64,000 nt of DNA, from NCBI GenBank assembly GCA_913043225.1, contig CAJWLU010000003.1, positions 128,001 through 192,000 on the forward strand. Direction: 5' to 3'. How positions within the stretch are numbered: position 1 is the stretch's first letter; each line of letters opens with the position of its first letter. This DNA comes from an uncultured Acidobacteriota bacterium. Its GTDB lineage: Bacteria; Acidobacteriota; Vicinamibacteria; Vicinamibacterales; UBA8438. Positions 48,877 through 58,535 of the stretch are shown one piece after another. A program made the position numbers and the translations under genes. A model generated the notes under the pieces. The model did no database searches. It was not told the origin of the DNA and saw only the letters and a program-made list of their open reading frames with translations.

Positions 48877-49377
48877 ATGCCAATCAAAGAAGGGTGGACC
48901 GGACGGGTCTACGAAGATTTCGAGGTGAGCGACATCTACGAGCACCCCCTCGGCCGCACGGTGCTTGCCGCTGACAACACCTGGGCCACGCTGCTTTCGA
49001 TGAACACCAACCCGATCCACTTCGACCATGCGTTCGCTGCCAATACGCCGTTCGGACGCACCCTGGTGGACTCGACGTTCACCCTGGCGGTGGTGACTGG
49101 CCAGTCGGTGACCGATCTATCTCAGAACGTCATGGCCAACCTGGGCTGGGATGAGGTGCGGTTGCCGAATCCGGTGTTCGACGGCGACACGATCTACTCG
49201 CGGAGCGAGGTGCTGGCTAAGCGGGAATCGAACTCAAGGCCGACGGTTGGCATTGTCACCGTCAAGTCGACCGGGTTCAACCAGGACGGTAAGATCGTCA
49301 TCGAGTTCAAGCGCACGTTCATGGTCTACAAGCGAGGGCACGTGCCGCCGCGGTTCCGTCCGCCCTCACCCGAGTAG
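48877..49377 (+). CDS. MaoC family dehydratase (RipB/itaconyl-CoA hydratase-like)
   Basis: GRVYEDFEV, DNTWATLLSMNTNPIHFD, ANLGWDEVRL, PVFDGDTIY. Confidence 0.88.
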   Translation: MPIKEGWTGRVYEDFEVSDIYEHPLGRTVLAADNTWATLLSMNTNPIHFDHAFAANTPFGRTLVDSTFTLAVVTGQSVTDLSQNVMANLGWDEVRLPNPVFDGDTIYSRSEVLAKRESNSRPTVGIVTVKSTGFNQDGKIVIEFKRTFMVYKRGHVPPRFRPPSPE

Positions 49378-49395
49378 GACGAGTCTGGGAGCGTT

Positions 49396-50850
49396 ATGCG
49401 GGACTGGACGCGGCGGGTGTGTCGCGTAGGGTGGGTCTCCGGACTGGGCCTGCTGATCGCCGTTCTGGCGGTCGGTTGCGGGCCTTCCTTGCCAGAGGTT
49501 GATGGCGATCTGGCCTTCGTCGGGGTGAACGTGCTCCCGATGACGGGCCGCGGCGGTCCGGTGGTTCTCGAGAACCAGACCGTGGTAGTCGACGGTCGCC
49601 GGATCGTCGCGATCGAGCCTACCGCCGACGTGGCCGTAACCGACGGCGTGAGGCTGGTCGAGGCCGAGGGCCAGTATCTGATGCCCGGGCTGGCAGAGAT
49701 GCACGGGCATCTGCTGGGTCGGCCGCTGCTACCGGCTGACATCCAGAACCTGCTCTTCCTCTACGTCGCCAATGGCGTGACCACGGTTCGCGGGATGCAG
49801 GGCGATCGATCGCACTTCAGGCTTCGCGACCAGATTGCGCGTGGGGAGACCATCGGTCCCCGTCTGTTTCTCGGCAGTCCCTCGTTGAACGGTGCGCGCG
49901 TCACTTCTCCCAAGGTTGGCGCCCAGCTCACCCGCGAGTACGAGCAACGGGGGTACGACCTGGTCAAGATGCACGAGGGGTTGAGCCTCGAGAGCTTTGA
50001 TGCGGTGGCCGATATGGCCCGTGAGGTTGGTATCCCCTTTGGGGGCCACGTGCCAGACGAGGTGGGGCTGCTCCGCGCGCTTGAGGCCGGTCAGGTGTCG
50101 ATCGACCACCTCGATAACTACATCCAGGCGCTGGTCCCCGAGGATCTTCGGCCGGCCGAGTCCGTCGGGCTGTTCGGGGTGGGCGAGCTGCTGCCGTTCG
50201 TGGACGAAGGCCGCCTGCCTGAGCTCGTCGAAGCGACCCAAACTGCCGGTGCCTGGGTGGTGCCGACGATGGTGCTGTGGGAGACGGCTTTCTTCGGCGC
50301 TTGGTCATCGGCGGAGTTGCGAGGCGAGCGGCCCGAATTGCGTTTTGTGCCGCCGGAGCTCGTGATTGAGTGGTCGCAGGCGATCGACGGCCGACTCGCG
50401 GGGACGGATCGGGTGGCCAATCGAGGGATCCGTGAGCTGCGGCGAACGATCTTGCGGGCGCTCGTCGATGGCGGCGTTCGGATCTTGCTAGGTACTGATT
50501 CGCCCCAGATCTTCAGTGTGCCCGGGTTTTCGCTGCACCATGAGATGGCGTTGTGGGTCGAGAACGGCATGACGCCCTACGAGGTGCTCGAGACCGGCAC
50601 CCGCCGGGTGGCCGAGTACTACGATGCGACCGACGACTTCGGGTCGGTCGAGGTCGGTCTCCGCGCGGACCTTCTGCTACTGACCGCCAATCCAATCGAG
50701 AATATAGACAATGTCGCCAAGCGCGCGGGGGTGATGTTGAACGGCCGTTGGTTCCCCGAAACCCACATTCAGCAGAGGTTGGCGGAGATGGCGACGTTCT
50801 ACGGTCATTGGACCGCACCCCTGCAGCCAAGAACCCATGAAAACCCTTGA
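49396..50850 (+). CDS. Amidohydrolase family lipoprotein
   Basis: LAVGC lipobox; MPGLAEMHGH, NGVTTVR, GH, IDH, LGTDSP, GLRADLLLL. Confidence 0.88.
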   Translation: MRDWTRRVCRVGWVSGLGLLIAVLAVGCGPSLPEVDGDLAFVGVNVLPMTGRGGPVVLENQTVVVDGRRIVAIEPTADVAVTDGVRLVEAEGQYLMPGLAEMHGHLLGRPLLPADIQNLLFLYVANGVTTVRGMQGDRSHFRLRDQIARGETIGPRLFLGSPSLNGARVTSPKVGAQLTREYEQRGYDLVKMHEGLSLESFDAVADMAREVGIPFGGHVPDEVGLLRALEAGQVSIDHLDNYIQALVPEDLRPAESVGLFGVGELLPFVDEGRLPELVEATQTAGAWVVPTMVLWETAFFGAWSSAELRGERPELRFVPPELVIEWSQAIDGRLAGTDRVANRGIRELRRTILRALVDGGVRILLGTDSPQIFSVPGFSLHHEMALWVENGMTPYEVLETGTRRVAEYYDATDDFGSVEVGLRADLLLLTANPIENIDNVAKRAGVMLNGRWFPETHIQQRLAEMATFYGHWTAPLQPRTHENP

Positions 50851-52216
50851 GCCGTCGTCCGCCCTGGTGCGCTGTGGTGAGTTTGTCGCCAGCGCCCATG
50901 TTCTTCCTGCCGCACGAAACGCGGCGCGCAACGCTGTACTGGATACGGTCGGCGTGACCCTGGCCGGGTCGATCGCGCCGGCAGCTCGCCTGGTGCGCGA
51001 GGTGGCCAGGAGTGAGGGGGGCGCAGCGCGTTGTGGCGTTCTTGGCACGGGCGAGCGGACGGGAGCCGGCTGGGCGGCGCTGGCCAACGGTACCGCCGCC
51101 CATGCCCTGGACTTCGACGACATGTGCTTCGTGTCGATGGCCCATCCCTCCGCCCCGCTAGTTGCGGCTGGCCTGGCGGCGGCGGAGTTGGTCGACGCCA
51201 GCGGAGAGGCGTTGCTCGATGCCTACTGCGTCGGCTTCGAGCTTGAGGCGGCGCTCGGCCGGGTCATGAACCCGACCCACTACGAGCGGGGGTGGCACGC
51301 CACCTCCTCCATCGGCACGTTGGGGGCGGCCGCGGTGGTTGCCCGTCTACTCGGGCAGGATCCTGCGACCACCGTACGTAGCTTGGCCATCGCGGCGTCG
51401 GGCGCCTGCGGGCTGAAGGAGAGCTTCGGCACCATGGTAAAGCCACTGCAAGGCGGTCTAGCTGGCCGCCACGGGGTGCTGGCGGCACAGCTGGCCGCGA
51501 CCGGCTTCACTGCGACCGAGCTCGCTGTCGAGGGGGCGCAGGGGCTGTTGGTGGCGATGCAATCGCGGGGGGACGATTTCTCTTCCGAGGTGAGGGCGCT
51601 CGGGCAGCAGTGGGAGATCGTTGATGGCGGGATCACGGTGAAGCTCTATCCGTGCTGCGCGGCGACCCACCCGACCATCGACACGCTCATCGACCTGCGA
51701 GCCGAACATGGATTCGGGCCCGAAGATGTCGAAGAGATCGAGGTGGCCGTCGACAGCGTCACTCCGACCGTGCTCATTCACGACCGGCCGTCGACCGGAC
51801 TCGAAGGGAAGTTCAGCATGCACTTCTGCGCCGCCGCGGCCGTCGTCCACGGCCGGGTCGGTATCGAGACCTTCGAGTCAGGTGTCGACGACCCGACTGT
51901 GCGTGCTCTCTTGCCGCGGGTCGTCATGCGGGCCGACCCTGAGGTCGGCATCGATCAGCCCACGCTCACCGAGGCGGTCGTCACCGTGCGGCTGAAGGAC
52001 GGTCGAACCCTCGAGCGCCGCGTGCGCGGGGCTCGCGGCTATCCGATGAATCCGCCGACGCGTGACGATTTGGAGCAGAAGTTTCTGTCCTGTGCCCGTC
52101 GTGCCCTGTCGGCCGAGGCCGCCGATGATGCGCTGGCCTGGCTTCGCGATCTCGACCAGCGCCCTATTGCCGGGTTGGTGGAACTGGTTGGCCAGCCAGC
52201 CGCCGCCGTCGTCTGA
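50837..52216 (+). CDS. MmgE/PrpD family protein
   Basis: ANGTAAHALDFDD, HPSA, GWHATS, KLYPCCAATH, GKFS. Confidence 0.92.
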   Translation: MKTLEPSSALVRCGEFVASAHVLPAARNAARNAVLDTVGVTLAGSIAPAARLVREVARSEGGAARCGVLGTGERTGAGWAALANGTAAHALDFDDMCFVSMAHPSAPLVAAGLAAAELVDASGEALLDAYCVGFELEAALGRVMNPTHYERGWHATSSIGTLGAAAVVARLLGQDPATTVRSLAIAASGACGLKESFGTMVKPLQGGLAGRHGVLAAQLAATGFTATELAVEGAQGLLVAMQSRGDDFSSEVRALGQQWEIVDGGITVKLYPCCAATHPTIDTLIDLRAEHGFGPEDVEEIEVAVDSVTPTVLIHDRPSTGLEGKFSMHFCAAAAVVHGRVGIETFESGVDDPTVRALLPRVVMRADPEVGIDQPTLTEAVVTVRLKDGRTLERRVRGARGYPMNPPTRDDLEQKFLSCARRALSAEAADDALAWLRDLDQRPIAGLVELVGQPAAAVV

Positions 52217-52223
52217 GGAAGTT

Positions 52224-53078
52224 ATGCCACATCGCCGTGTTCGTCGGTCCATCCTGTTCGTGCCAGCCGTCCGTCCCGATCGTCTTCCGAAAGCGATCGC
52301 GACCGGGGCCGATGCGGTCTGTCTCGATCTGGAAGACGGTGTCAGTTTCGCTCAGAAGGACGAGGCCAGATCACAGGCGCTGGCGTTGTTGAAGGACCCG
52401 GACGCGGGGCGGGCCGAGGTGGTGCTCCGGGTGAACGAGCCGGCGTCGGAGCTGGGCGAGCGGGATCTCACCGCGTTGCTCGAGTCTGGCGTTCGCCCTG
52501 ATGCGCTGATGATACCCAAGATCAGCGGGCCGGAGACGATCCAAGCGCTCGACCGCCGGCTGGCTGGCCGTTTGGATGATCTGCCGCTCTACGCTCAGAT
52601 CGAGACGGCCGCCGGGGTCGCCCACGCTGACGCGATCGCCACCGCGTCGCCGAATGTGGCTGTCATGTTCTTCGGCGCGGTCGATCTGTCAGCCGACCTC
52701 GGGTGCGTCATCGAATGGGACGCATTGCTGTATGCGCGCTCCAAGGTGGTCACGGCGGCGGCGCTGGCCGGAGTCGACGCGATGGACACTCCGTTCCTCG
52801 ACGTCAAGGTACCTGACGCGCTGGCGGAGGAGTCGCGAGCGGTACGGCGGCTCGGGTTCACCGGCAAGGCTGCGATTCACCCCACCCAGGTGATGCCGAT
52901 TCAGTCCGCCTTCTCACCGGACGAAGAGACCGTCGCCTGGGCCAGGAAGGTGGTGGTCGCCTATCAGGAGAACCGGGGCGGGGTCTTGCTGGTGGAGGGG
53001 AAGCTGGTCGAACGTCCCGTGATCGCGGCCGCGGAACGGGTCCTGGCGATCGCCGACGCGATCGAGGCGGCGACCTAG
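52224..53078 (+). CDS. CitE/HpcH family CoA-ester lyase (citramalyl-CoA lyase-like)
   Basis: RRSILFVPA, DLEDGV, IET, GAVDLSADLG, GFTGKAAIHPTQ. Confidence 0.92.
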   Translation: MPHRRVRRSILFVPAVRPDRLPKAIATGADAVCLDLEDGVSFAQKDEARSQALALLKDPDAGRAEVVLRVNEPASELGERDLTALLESGVRPDALMIPKISGPETIQALDRRLAGRLDDLPLYAQIETAAGVAHADAIATASPNVAVMFFGAVDLSADLGCVIEWDALLYARSKVVTAAALAGVDAMDTPFLDVKVPDALAEESRAVRRLGFTGKAAIHPTQVMPIQSAFSPDEETVAWARKVVVAYQENRGGVLLVEGKLVERPVIAAAERVLAIADAIEAAT

Positions 53079-54529
53079 CCGACGGCCGGGCTGGCAACCA
53101 GTGCGGGCGGCGGGGTGGCCGGCACCGACACGGTGTCTCTGCTGTGGCGTTTCCGTATCTGCTCATTACGGTCATGGGCCAGCGCGTTCTGGAGCAGCGG
53201 CAGGTGGAACACGCCGTCGCCGCAGATCGCCACCGTGTCCGCCGAGATCGAGACCCACCCCAACTCTTCGAACGCCGCCCACACGACTCGGTGTTCCTCG
53301 ACCACATCGGTCCCGAAGAGCCGGACGTAGGCGGCGCGATCGACAGACATCCCTTGCATTTCCTGGAACAGCAGATGCAGCTGGAGGTCCGGTCGGCCGT
53401 AGTGAAAGCCCCGCATCACGGGATAGCGCCCCTCCCGGATGCAGTCGAAGTACTCGGCGATGCGGACCTGATTCATGAAGGCCCAGCCGGGCGCTTGAGG
53501 AGTGCCGAAGAAGAATGAGATGCCGGCGTAGCCCCAACCCCAGGCGTCGAAGCCGATGGCGCCCTGGTCGTCGGTCTGGAACGGCTTACGGAAGAGTTCC
53601 TCGTAGAGATAGGAGCTCGGGAGCTCCGAGTCCTGCCGCTCGAAGTCGTATGGCGTCACTTGCCGATAGCCATGCGCTTCCAGCACCTCCTTGCCCACCC
53701 GATACATCTCCAGGTTCTGTTCGGTCGAGGGCAGCTCGGATCGATGGTGACGCGAGAAGGCGGTGCGACCGGCCACGTTGAGCTCGTAGTGGGTGATGTG
53801 GGTGACGCCGGTGGCGGAGACCGCCTCGAGGTCACGTACCATGTGGTCCAGCGTCTGGTTCGGCCAGCCGAAGATCAGGTCCACGCTCGCCGGGAGCCCC
53901 AGCGCCTCACATGATTCGAGGGTTTGAAAGACCTGCTCGGCCCGTTGCTTTCGCCCACTCGCCTTGATCAGCTCGTCGTCCAGCTGCTGGACACCCATGC
54001 TGATGCGGTTCATGCCGCTCTGCTTCATGCCGAGTAGCTTGTCGTGGCTGAACGTCTGCGGGATGCCTTCGAGGGTGATCTCGATGTGGGGAGGGATCTC
54101 GAAGACCCCTCGCACGACGTCCATCAGCCGCGGGTATTGATCAGCTTTGTAGAGGTTCGATGTGCCTCCGCCGAAGTAGATGCTGGCCAGCTCGGCCCCG
54201 GCGAAGTGGTCGCGGAATAGATCGCCCTCACGTTCGAGATAGCCGAGATACTCGTCCAGCTGACGGTGACTCGTGTAGATCTCGCTCGGGAACAGGCAGA
54301 AACCGCACCGATCTGGGTCGGTCGGCAGGCAGTACGGGGTCCCGACGTAGAGGTTGACCCGTTTCCTAAGAGCGCGGCCCGCTGTGGCGCGGTCCGCGAG
54401 TACCTGGTCCATCGGAACCTGCTGCTCCAGCCACTGCACGGGCGACGGGTAGCCGTGGAGCACCTTGTTGCTCTGGCGGCGGCGGCGTTGCTTGTCCACG
54501 AAGGCGTGAACCGCCTCAATGCTGTGCAT
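53075..54529 (-). CDS. HemN-like (class C) radical SAM protein with CX7CX2C motif
   Basis: LYVGTPYC-LPTDPDR-CGFC, SIYFGGGT, NRISMGVQ, VDLIFGWPNQT. Confidence 0.88.
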   Translation of the reverse strand: MHSIEAVHAFVDKQRRRRQSNKVLHGYPSPVQWLEQQVPMDQVLADRATAGRALRKRVNLYVGTPYCLPTDPDRCGFCLFPSEIYTSHRQLDEYLGYLEREGDLFRDHFAGAELASIYFGGGTSNLYKADQYPRLMDVVRGVFEIPPHIEITLEGIPQTFSHDKLLGMKQSGMNRISMGVQQLDDELIKASGRKQRAEQVFQTLESCEALGLPASVDLIFGWPNQTLDHMVRDLEAVSATGVTHITHYELNVAGRTAFSRHHRSELPSTEQNLEMYRVGKEVLEAHGYRQVTPYDFERQDSELPSSYLYEELFRKPFQTDDQGAIGFDAWGWGYAGISFFFGTPQAPGWAFMNQVRIAEYFDCIREGRYPVMRGFHYGRPDLQLHLLFQEMQGMSVDRAAYVRLFGTDVVEEHRVVWAAFEELGWVSISADTVAICGDGVFHLPLLQNALAHDRNEQIRKRHSRDTVSVPATPPPALVASPAVG

Positions 54530-54600
54530 GCTGGGTACAGAGAAACCAGAGGCGCCGAACGGCGTGCCATGGCGCTGGAACTCGGCTCGTTAGTGACTGG

Positions 54601-54629
54601 ATTGTCGACCGGACAGGAGGGGTTGTCAA
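54601..54629 (-). promoter_or_regulatory. Sigma70-type promoter of the radical SAM gene
   Basis: Minus strand TTGACA-17 nt-GACAAT, about 70 nt upstream of ATG 54529. Confidence 0.65.
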
Positions 54630-54718
54630 CCCGAGTCGAGTGGGTGTCCGCGGGCAAAGCCGAGACCTGGAATACAACCTGCGGGCGACTGATTTTGAGT
54701 GCTTGCGAGGGAACTTCG

Positions 54719-57280
54719 TTACCGGATCTTCGCAAGAACGGCGTGATGATAGTTGAAGTCGACCCGCTTCGGTCGTGCTGGGAGCGGCAGGGTCACCCGC
54801 ACTTCTTCCTCATCGACCCAGATCCTTCGGAGCATCGGCGGGCGGTTCTCGAAGGTTAGATGGATCGGCACCGGCATCCGAAATCCGGCCGAGACGTCCC
54901 TCTGGCGAATGGTACCCTCCAAGACGTACCCGTCGCTCTCCGTGCGCACGTCCAGGTCCACGTCGTAGGTCGGGACCTCGACTCCGTAGACCCACTGGTC
55001 GAAGAACCAGTCCATCGGTTCGCCAAACGTCTCGTCGACCGCGTCCTCGAACGATCGGGTCGACATGACGCCGCCGACGTGCGCGGTCGCGTATCCCCGC
55101 ATCAACTGGCGGAAGCGTTCGTCGCTCCCCGTGTCGGGGTCGAGCAGCATGGCGCGCAGCATATGCAGGATGTAGGCGCCTTTCTCGTAGACGATGACCC
55201 GGTAGTCGAACGGGGTCTCGGTGGAGTTCAGCCGATGGCCTACCACCAGCGCTCCAGAGTCGTGGCCGTCGCTTCGCTGGAGCGCGCCCGGCGAAAATCC
55301 GTAGTGGCGCAGGCCCATACCCTGTCCCACCTGGCCTTCGCCTAGCACGTCGTGCCGCCAGGCGTCGATCATCTCAAGGAACTGGTCCTCATCCTCCAGG
55401 GCTTGAAGCGCGTACAGTGCCGCCGCGTACTGGGCAAAGCCCTCGCTCATCCACTGGTCCCGATAGTCTTCCCAGTCAATGGCGGCGCCCCACCACTGGT
55501 GAGCGACCTCGTGGGCCCGGAACAATTCCGCCTCGCCGGTGTGGAGCTCCCCGAAGGCCTGATAGGAGAGTAGTAGCAGGCCGGGAAAGGCTTGACCACT
55601 TTGGGTCGGGGTTTCGGTGGTCAACAAGGAGGAGAACGGGAACGGTCCGAAGTAGTCGCTGAAGAGCTCAATCGATGCCGTGAGGTCCTCGACCGTCTTT
55701 TCCCGGTTGCCCGGCGCAAAGCCCAGGTGGTTGTCGTTGCCGTACACTGAGACCGCCGGCGGCGACGCGCGTTCGACCGTTGTTACGTCGAATTGTCCGA
55801 GGTGGAATGACATGTTGCGTACCGGCTTGTCGGTGACCCAACGCATGATCCGAGTGTCGTCCACCACCTCTTCGCGGGTCATGACGCCGCCGCTGGCCAC
55901 CTGATAGCGCTCAGGCATCCGGAAGGTCAGGTCAAGCCGGGTCAACCGGGTGTCTGGATGACGGGGTTGCCAGTAGATAGTGTCCTTGAGCAGGAAGTCG
56001 TTGCTCTCGCGAAGGCGTTCGATGAGCTCGCCCTCGTAGGCCAGCTGGACGACGAATCGTTCTCCCGCCTCGAACGTGCGCGGTAGCTCGATCGTGATCC
56101 AGGGCTCGAAGACGTCGTCAGCCATGAGCCGATCGTCACGTTCGCGGACGAAGGGGACCGCCTCGCCGGAGAGGGGGGTCGGCTCGTCGGGTGCGGGAGC
56201 TTCCGCGGCGGTGTTCTCCTTCGCCTCCATCTGGAGGAGCGAGGGCGACGTGTCTCCCTCTGGCGGCGGAGCGAGTCTGACGTCGATCACCTCCAGCACC
56301 TGGCTCAGTAACAGACGAAGACCCCGCGTGGGTTCCAATGGCTCGATCAGCAGCGCCGCGGTCCCACTCGCGTCTCCGTTGCCCTCAAGCGCGAGATCCA
56401 CCTGGGCGCGTGGCACTCTGATGCGCGGGTTCCATGCGTCGCTGTCGAGTGGCCGGGCCGGTAGCCCAAGCGCGCCACCGGTTACCTCGTCGTCGAGGCT
56501 TTCCGGATCGACGACGTAGCCATCAAGTGCGCGCGCGCGCTGCTCCGCGGTGAAGTCAGGCAGGAAGTCGACGCGGAGCCAGTAGTCTCGGATGCGTCGC
56601 CGGCTATCGTGCTTGTAGAGTTCGACTTCCTCTCTCGCGCCGGGGTCGCGCGTGATGGTGAGCCAGCCTTCGTCCTTAGTGTCGATATCGGCTAGGAGAA
56701 ACGCACGGTCGCTCTGAAGCGTGCCGGCTTGCCGCCGGAGGAGGTCCTCCAGGATCCGTCCGTCCGGGTTGTGGAGCTGGTCCTCAAGCCGATCTTCCCG
56801 CCGGTCGTCGAGATACCGCGCGGCTCGTTTGGGGTCGCCCTCGTCGTCGGCCGGGTCGGCCAACGCACGGAGGTCTCGCAGTGTGTCGCTTACGGACCAG
56901 ACCACGAGTCGCTCGAACGCTTCGTCGACGTGGTGGTCGTCGGAGAGCTTCTCCAGCTGGTGGTACTCCACCGCGTCCGGGGCGAACCCGCGGAGCACGC
57001 CGTCTCCGAGGTAGACGGCGATCGGGATTAGGCCGTCGACTTCTTGCCCGAGATAGAGTCGGCCGTCGGATAGCTCCAGTTCGAAACGGTCGAGACGCAG
57101 GCGCTGGCCACGGATGCGACCTGCGTAAGTCATCTCCTCCCCGCGCAGCGTGGAGTAGCGGCCTGGCGGTTCCCGTTCCTCGTCCTGTGCCACGCTCGGG
57201 GTGGGTATCCCTAGAGTGACCGCGTAGACGGCGAGCGGCAGCAGTACGACTCGGCCGCTGGGCATGTCGCCAGCGTACAC
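54719..57280 (-). CDS. Secreted M1 family aminopeptidase
   Basis: HEVAHQWWG...WMSEGFAQY, YEKGAYILHMLR, WFFDQWV. The start may be ATG 57265. Confidence 0.9.
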   Translation of the reverse strand: MYAGDMPSGRVVLLPLAVYAVTLGIPTPSVAQDEEREPPGRYSTLRGEEMTYAGRIRGQRLRLDRFELELSDGRLYLGQEVDGLIPIAVYLGDGVLRGFAPDAVEYHQLEKLSDDHHVDEAFERLVVWSVSDTLRDLRALADPADDEGDPKRAARYLDDRREDRLEDQLHNPDGRILEDLLRRQAGTLQSDRAFLLADIDTKDEGWLTITRDPGAREEVELYKHDSRRRIRDYWLRVDFLPDFTAEQRARALDGYVVDPESLDDEVTGGALGLPARPLDSDAWNPRIRVPRAQVDLALEGNGDASGTAALLIEPLEPTRGLRLLLSQVLEVIDVRLAPPPEGDTSPSLLQMEAKENTAAEAPAPDEPTPLSGEAVPFVRERDDRLMADDVFEPWITIELPRTFEAGERFVVQLAYEGELIERLRESNDFLLKDTIYWQPRHPDTRLTRLDLTFRMPERYQVASGGVMTREEVVDDTRIMRWVTDKPVRNMSFHLGQFDVTTVERASPPAVSVYGNDNHLGFAPGNREKTVEDLTASIELFSDYFGPFPFSSLLTTETPTQSGQAFPGLLLLSYQAFGELHTGEAELFRAHEVAHQWWGAAIDWEDYRDQWMSEGFAQYAAALYALQALEDEDQFLEMIDAWRHDVLGEGQVGQGMGLRHYGFSPGALQRSDGHDSGALVVGHRLNSTETPFDYRVIVYEKGAYILHMLRAMLLDPDTGSDERFRQLMRGYATAHVGGVMSTRSFEDAVDETFGEPMDWFFDQWVYGVEVPTYDVDLDVRTESDGYVLEGTIRQRDVSAGFRMPVPIHLTFENRPPMLRRIWVDEEEVRVTLPLPARPKRVDFNYHHAVLAKIR

Positions 57281-57323
57281 CAGCTTGTCAGGACTGGACG
57301 TAGGTAGGGGGCCCGGCAGCGGG

Positions 57324-57430
57324 TGGTGGGGTCATCGGTCACCCAAGCTTAGGCTGGCGCCACTTGAGGAAAAGTGAGCGGTTTTCCCCCATGGGTGACT
57401 CGTCCGGTCGCGTTCCCGATGACCCTGCTA
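57324..57430 (+). other. Structured intergenic element (nested stems), possible ncRNA
   Basis: 15-bp outer stem with G-U pairs on the + strand, inner TCACCCA/TGGGTGA stem and an apical CGCCACTT/AAGTGAGCG stem. Confidence 0.45.
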
Positions 57431-57432
57431 TG

Positions 57433-57885
57433 TCAAACGCTAGGGCGTCGAGAACTGAACACCGGTTCTCTCGGAACGTCCTCGACGGCAATCCTGAAGC
57501 AGTGGGAGCCCGAAGGATGCGACCAGAAGGCACCTTCGTCCTGAAGCTGTTCCGCGGTGGAGAAGCTCGTGCACAGCTCGTAGCTGTCTTCTGCAAGCAC
57601 TTGATAGGAATACGGTTCTCCGGACTCAGGGTCGCTCAGCTGAAGTTTCGGTTCGGCCGAGGACTCCAGCACCCTGAGCGCAAGAGGAAGCGCGCCGACC
57701 CGATTCCAGTACACGTCCACAGCCCGGGCCACCGCACGAAGCTCGCTCCGGCGTCGGGCATCAAGGCGTCGGTCCCGCTCGACGGCCGGCGACCCGAGGA
57801 GCCCGAGCCCGATTCCCACCGCCATGGTGGCTACGAGGATCGCCGCGACGAGTAGTCGCGTGCCCCCGGGGGAGCCGGCCTTCAT
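57433..57885 (-). CDS. Membrane-anchored hypothetical protein (DUF5671 partner)
   Basis: TM, GSP..RDRRLDARR, DPESGEPYSY, YELC...HCF; overlaps the upstream gene. Confidence 0.8.
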   Translation of the reverse strand: MKAGSPGGTRLLVAAILVATMAVGIGLGLLGSPAVERDRRLDARRRSELRAVARAVDVYWNRVGALPLALRVLESSAEPKLQLSDPESGEPYSYQVLAEDSYELCTSFSTAEQLQDEGAFWSHPSGSHCFRIAVEDVPREPVFSSRRPSV

Positions 57886-58529
57886 GCCTCAGTCTCGCGT
57901 TCGTCGGCACGGAGGTCTGAGAGGTAGTACCAGAATCCGCCGCCCGCCAGCGCTCCGACGGTGAGGACCTTGAGCAAGAACCTGGTGGTCAGCTCACCCC
58001 CCAGCAGGTTGAAGACCAGCGTGGTGACATCGCCGATCAGCACCGCCGCCGCCACGAACAGCGTGAGATAGGTCAGCCACCGCCGCACCTTCGATGCCCG
58101 CTTCGCTGGGTCGGCCGCCAGTTCCTTGCCTACCAGCTTGGAGAGTCCGACGAAGAGTGGGCCGGCGACGATCAGGAGAGATACGGACCAGCGGATTTGT
58201 TCGCGCATGACCTGGACGGGTCGCGTGTAGCTGAGGTCTGGGAACGCGTAGTTGATCAGTTCGAAGAGGAGTTGGCCCAGGCTGAACGCACTCAGATAGA
58301 GCGCCGTGAACAGCAGGAGGTAAACGAAGGCGTCCCTGGCTGACAGGTACGGCTGCGGGCGGGGGACTGGGAGCGGAAATTCCACGTCAGCGTAGCAGGT
58401 AAGGGCTCCGCGAATGTCCGCCCCATCCCAGCCGGCGTTTTTGAGCGCCGTCCGCAGGCGAGATCGATCTACACCGCGGGCCAGACCGTCCCTGACGAAT
58501 CGCCGAAGTTCTTCGGGGGCTGCCATCAC
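57882..58529 (-). CDS. DUF5671-type membrane protein
   Basis: ARDAFVYLLLF, RRWLTYLTLFVAA, LLGGELTTRFLLK. Confidence 0.82.
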   Translation of the reverse strand: MMAAPEELRRFVRDGLARGVDRSRLRTALKNAGWDGADIRGALTCYADVEFPLPVPRPQPYLSARDAFVYLLLFTALYLSAFSLGQLLFELINYAFPDLSYTRPVQVMREQIRWSVSLLIVAGPLFVGLSKLVGKELAADPAKRASKVRRWLTYLTLFVAAAVLIGDVTTLVFNLLGGELTTRFLLKVLTVGALAGGGFWYYLSDLRADERETEA

Positions 58530-58535
58530 TCCTCC

